From Ignavibacteriota bacterium (GTDB lineage Bacteria; Bacteroidota; Ignavibacteria; UBA10030), in contig CAVSHO010000009.1 of assembly GCA_963727825.1 (NCBI GenBank), positions 448,001 through 512,000 on the forward strand: DNA of 64,000 bases, given 5' to 3'. Below are positions 62,618 to 64,000 of the stretch, piece after piece; position 1 is the first letter of the stretch, and each line of letters opens with the position of its first letter. Position numbers and translations under genes: made by a program. Under the pieces are notes generated by a model. It did no database searches and was not told where the DNA came from. It was given only the letters and a program-made list of their open reading frames with translations.

Positions 62618-63904
62618 TCACACCGATGCAAATAAATCGTACTCCACCGCATCGGTAATAGTAACTGTATGGAATGTTCCGACCTTTAACGGCTTATGGC
62701 TACTCACGAATACCTCCTGGTCGATTTCCGGTGCGTCCCATTCTGTTCTGCCTATAAAAAATTCTCCATCCTGAGAATCAATCAAGACTTTCTCTGTTTT
62801 TCCAATCATAGATTCATTGTTATGTTCTGAAATATTCTTCTGTATTTCCATAATCGCCGCCTGCCGTTCCAGCTTTATCTCTTCTGAAACCGAATCGTCA
62901 AGTTCAAATGCTGCGGTACCTTCTTCTTTCGAATATGTGAATACGCCAAGGCGGTGGAAGCGCATCTCCTGGACAAAGTCGCGTAATGCTTTAAAATCGT
63001 CTTCCGTTTCGTTTGGATAACCGACGATGAGTGTGGTACGGAGCGCAACATTAGATATTTCGTTCTTTAAGCGCAACAGCAAATCCCTTGTTGATCGTCC
63101 TGTAATGCCGCGCCTCATTGATTTTAATACGTTGTCAGAATTATGTTGAATTGGAATATCAATATATCGGCATAGTTTTGGGAATTTTTGAAATGCCTCG
63201 ATGACATCGAGTGGAAATTTTGCAGGATAGGCATACATAAGCCGAATCCATTTGATTTCATCAATATTGTTTAACTCACCAAGAAGTTTTGCAAGCCTCC
63301 GCTCACCGTACAAATCCAATCCATAGTATGTGGTGTCTTGCGCGATGACTATGAGTTCTTTCACGCCCTTTTCTGCCAACAGCCGCGCTTCATGAACAAC
63401 TTCTTCAATCAGCTTGCTTCGGTGCTGTCCGCGCATAAGGGGGATCGCACAGAATGAACATGGATTGTCACAACCTTCGGAGATTTTTAAATAAGCGTAA
63501 TGGACTGGAGTTGTCAGGAAACGTTCACCGAGAAGTTCGCTTTTATAATCTACGTTAAGATATTTGAGCACATCGGGCAATTGATTTGTGCCAAAGAATG
63601 AATCGACTTCTGGAATTTCGGAGGCGAGTTCTTTTTTAAATCGCTCTGAGAGGCATCCCATTACCACAATTTTTTTTAGTTCGCCGCGATTCTTCTTTTC
63701 CACCGCTTCCATAATAGCATCGATGGATTCCTGCTTCGCATCCTTAATAAATCCGCAAGTGTTGATGACAACTGTGTCGGCATCATCTGCGCTCGCAACT
63801 ATTTGCGTATTGCTATTCTTTAATTGGCCCAGAAGGTATTCAGAGTCAACAATGTTCTTTGGACATCCGAGCGTAACTATATTGATCTTCGATTTTTCAG
63901 ACAC
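62618..63904 (-). CDS. rimO: Ribosomal protein S12 methylthiotransferase
   Basis: 'LGCPKN.VDSE', 'NTCGFI', radical SAM 'CDNPCSFC', 'RLMYAYP', TRAM-domain 'DAPEID'. Confidence 0.96.
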   Translation of the reverse strand: MSEKSKINIVTLGCPKNIVDSEYLLGQLKNSNTQIVASADDADTVVINTCGFIKDAKQESIDAIMEAVEKKNRGELKKIVVMGCLSERFKKELASEIPEVDSFFGTNQLPDVLKYLNVDYKSELLGERFLTTPVHYAYLKISEGCDNPCSFCAIPLMRGQHRSKLIEEVVHEARLLAEKGVKELIVIAQDTTYYGLDLYGERRLAKLLGELNNIDEIKWIRLMYAYPAKFPLDVIEAFQKFPKLCRYIDIPIQHNSDNVLKSMRRGITGRSTRDLLLRLKNEISNVALRTTLIVGYPNETEDDFKALRDFVQEMRFHRLGVFTYSKEEGTAAFELDDSVSEEIKLERQAAIMEIQKNISEHNNESMIGKTEKVLIDSQDGEFFIGRTEWDAPEIDQEVFVSSHKPLKVGTFHTVTITDAVEYDLFASV

Positions 63905-64000
63905 ACATATCTTTCGATACGATTATTGTCACGATAACACAACGAAATCAATATAAAGATACACAATCGGTGAGATATAAACCAAACTGTCAAAGCGGTC

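Overview
This is bacterial DNA of roughly 40% GC. It is most consistent with an Ignavibacteria-like member of the FCB (Bacteroidota/Chlorobiota) group, inferred from a T9SS-type 'QNYPNPFNP' C-terminal sorting domain, a GWxTD protein and a DGGGP-synthase-like UbiA gene. Layout: (1) 1-10.3 kb, glycoside-hydrolase cluster (GH95, GH51, Tat/DUF362, GH39, large Tat-exported GH-like unknown). (2) 10.3-15 kb, a decaying accessory patch with integron attC-like GCCTAAC boxes behind small genes, a receiver-only regulator and a prolyl oligopeptidase. (3) 15-21 kb, a TonB-dependent receptor interrupted by one in-frame TAA plus a CTD-bearing secreted protein, preceded by an operator palindrome, a ~200-nt multi-helix RNA-like structure and an ECF-sigma remnant. 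(4) 21-33 kb, arabinose/xylose (arabinoxylan) catabolic operon: galM, SSS symporter, araB, GH127, araD, araA, XylA-II-like isomerase, GH8. (5) 33.5-35 kb, an unexplained XRE + J-domain two-gene operon with palindromes over its promoter. (6) 36-51.6 kb, a signalling region including a nine-PAS hybrid kinase, plus uxaE. (7) 51.8-64 kb, cstA, an NspV-like type II restriction-modification pair, pncB, yraN, rnhB, UbiA prenyltransferase, Omp85, GWxTD and rimO. Five single-base indels split otherwise intact genes and are probably long-read errors. No rRNA, tRNA, CRISPR array, integrase or transposase was seen. All family calls come from motif recognition by eye; no searches were run.
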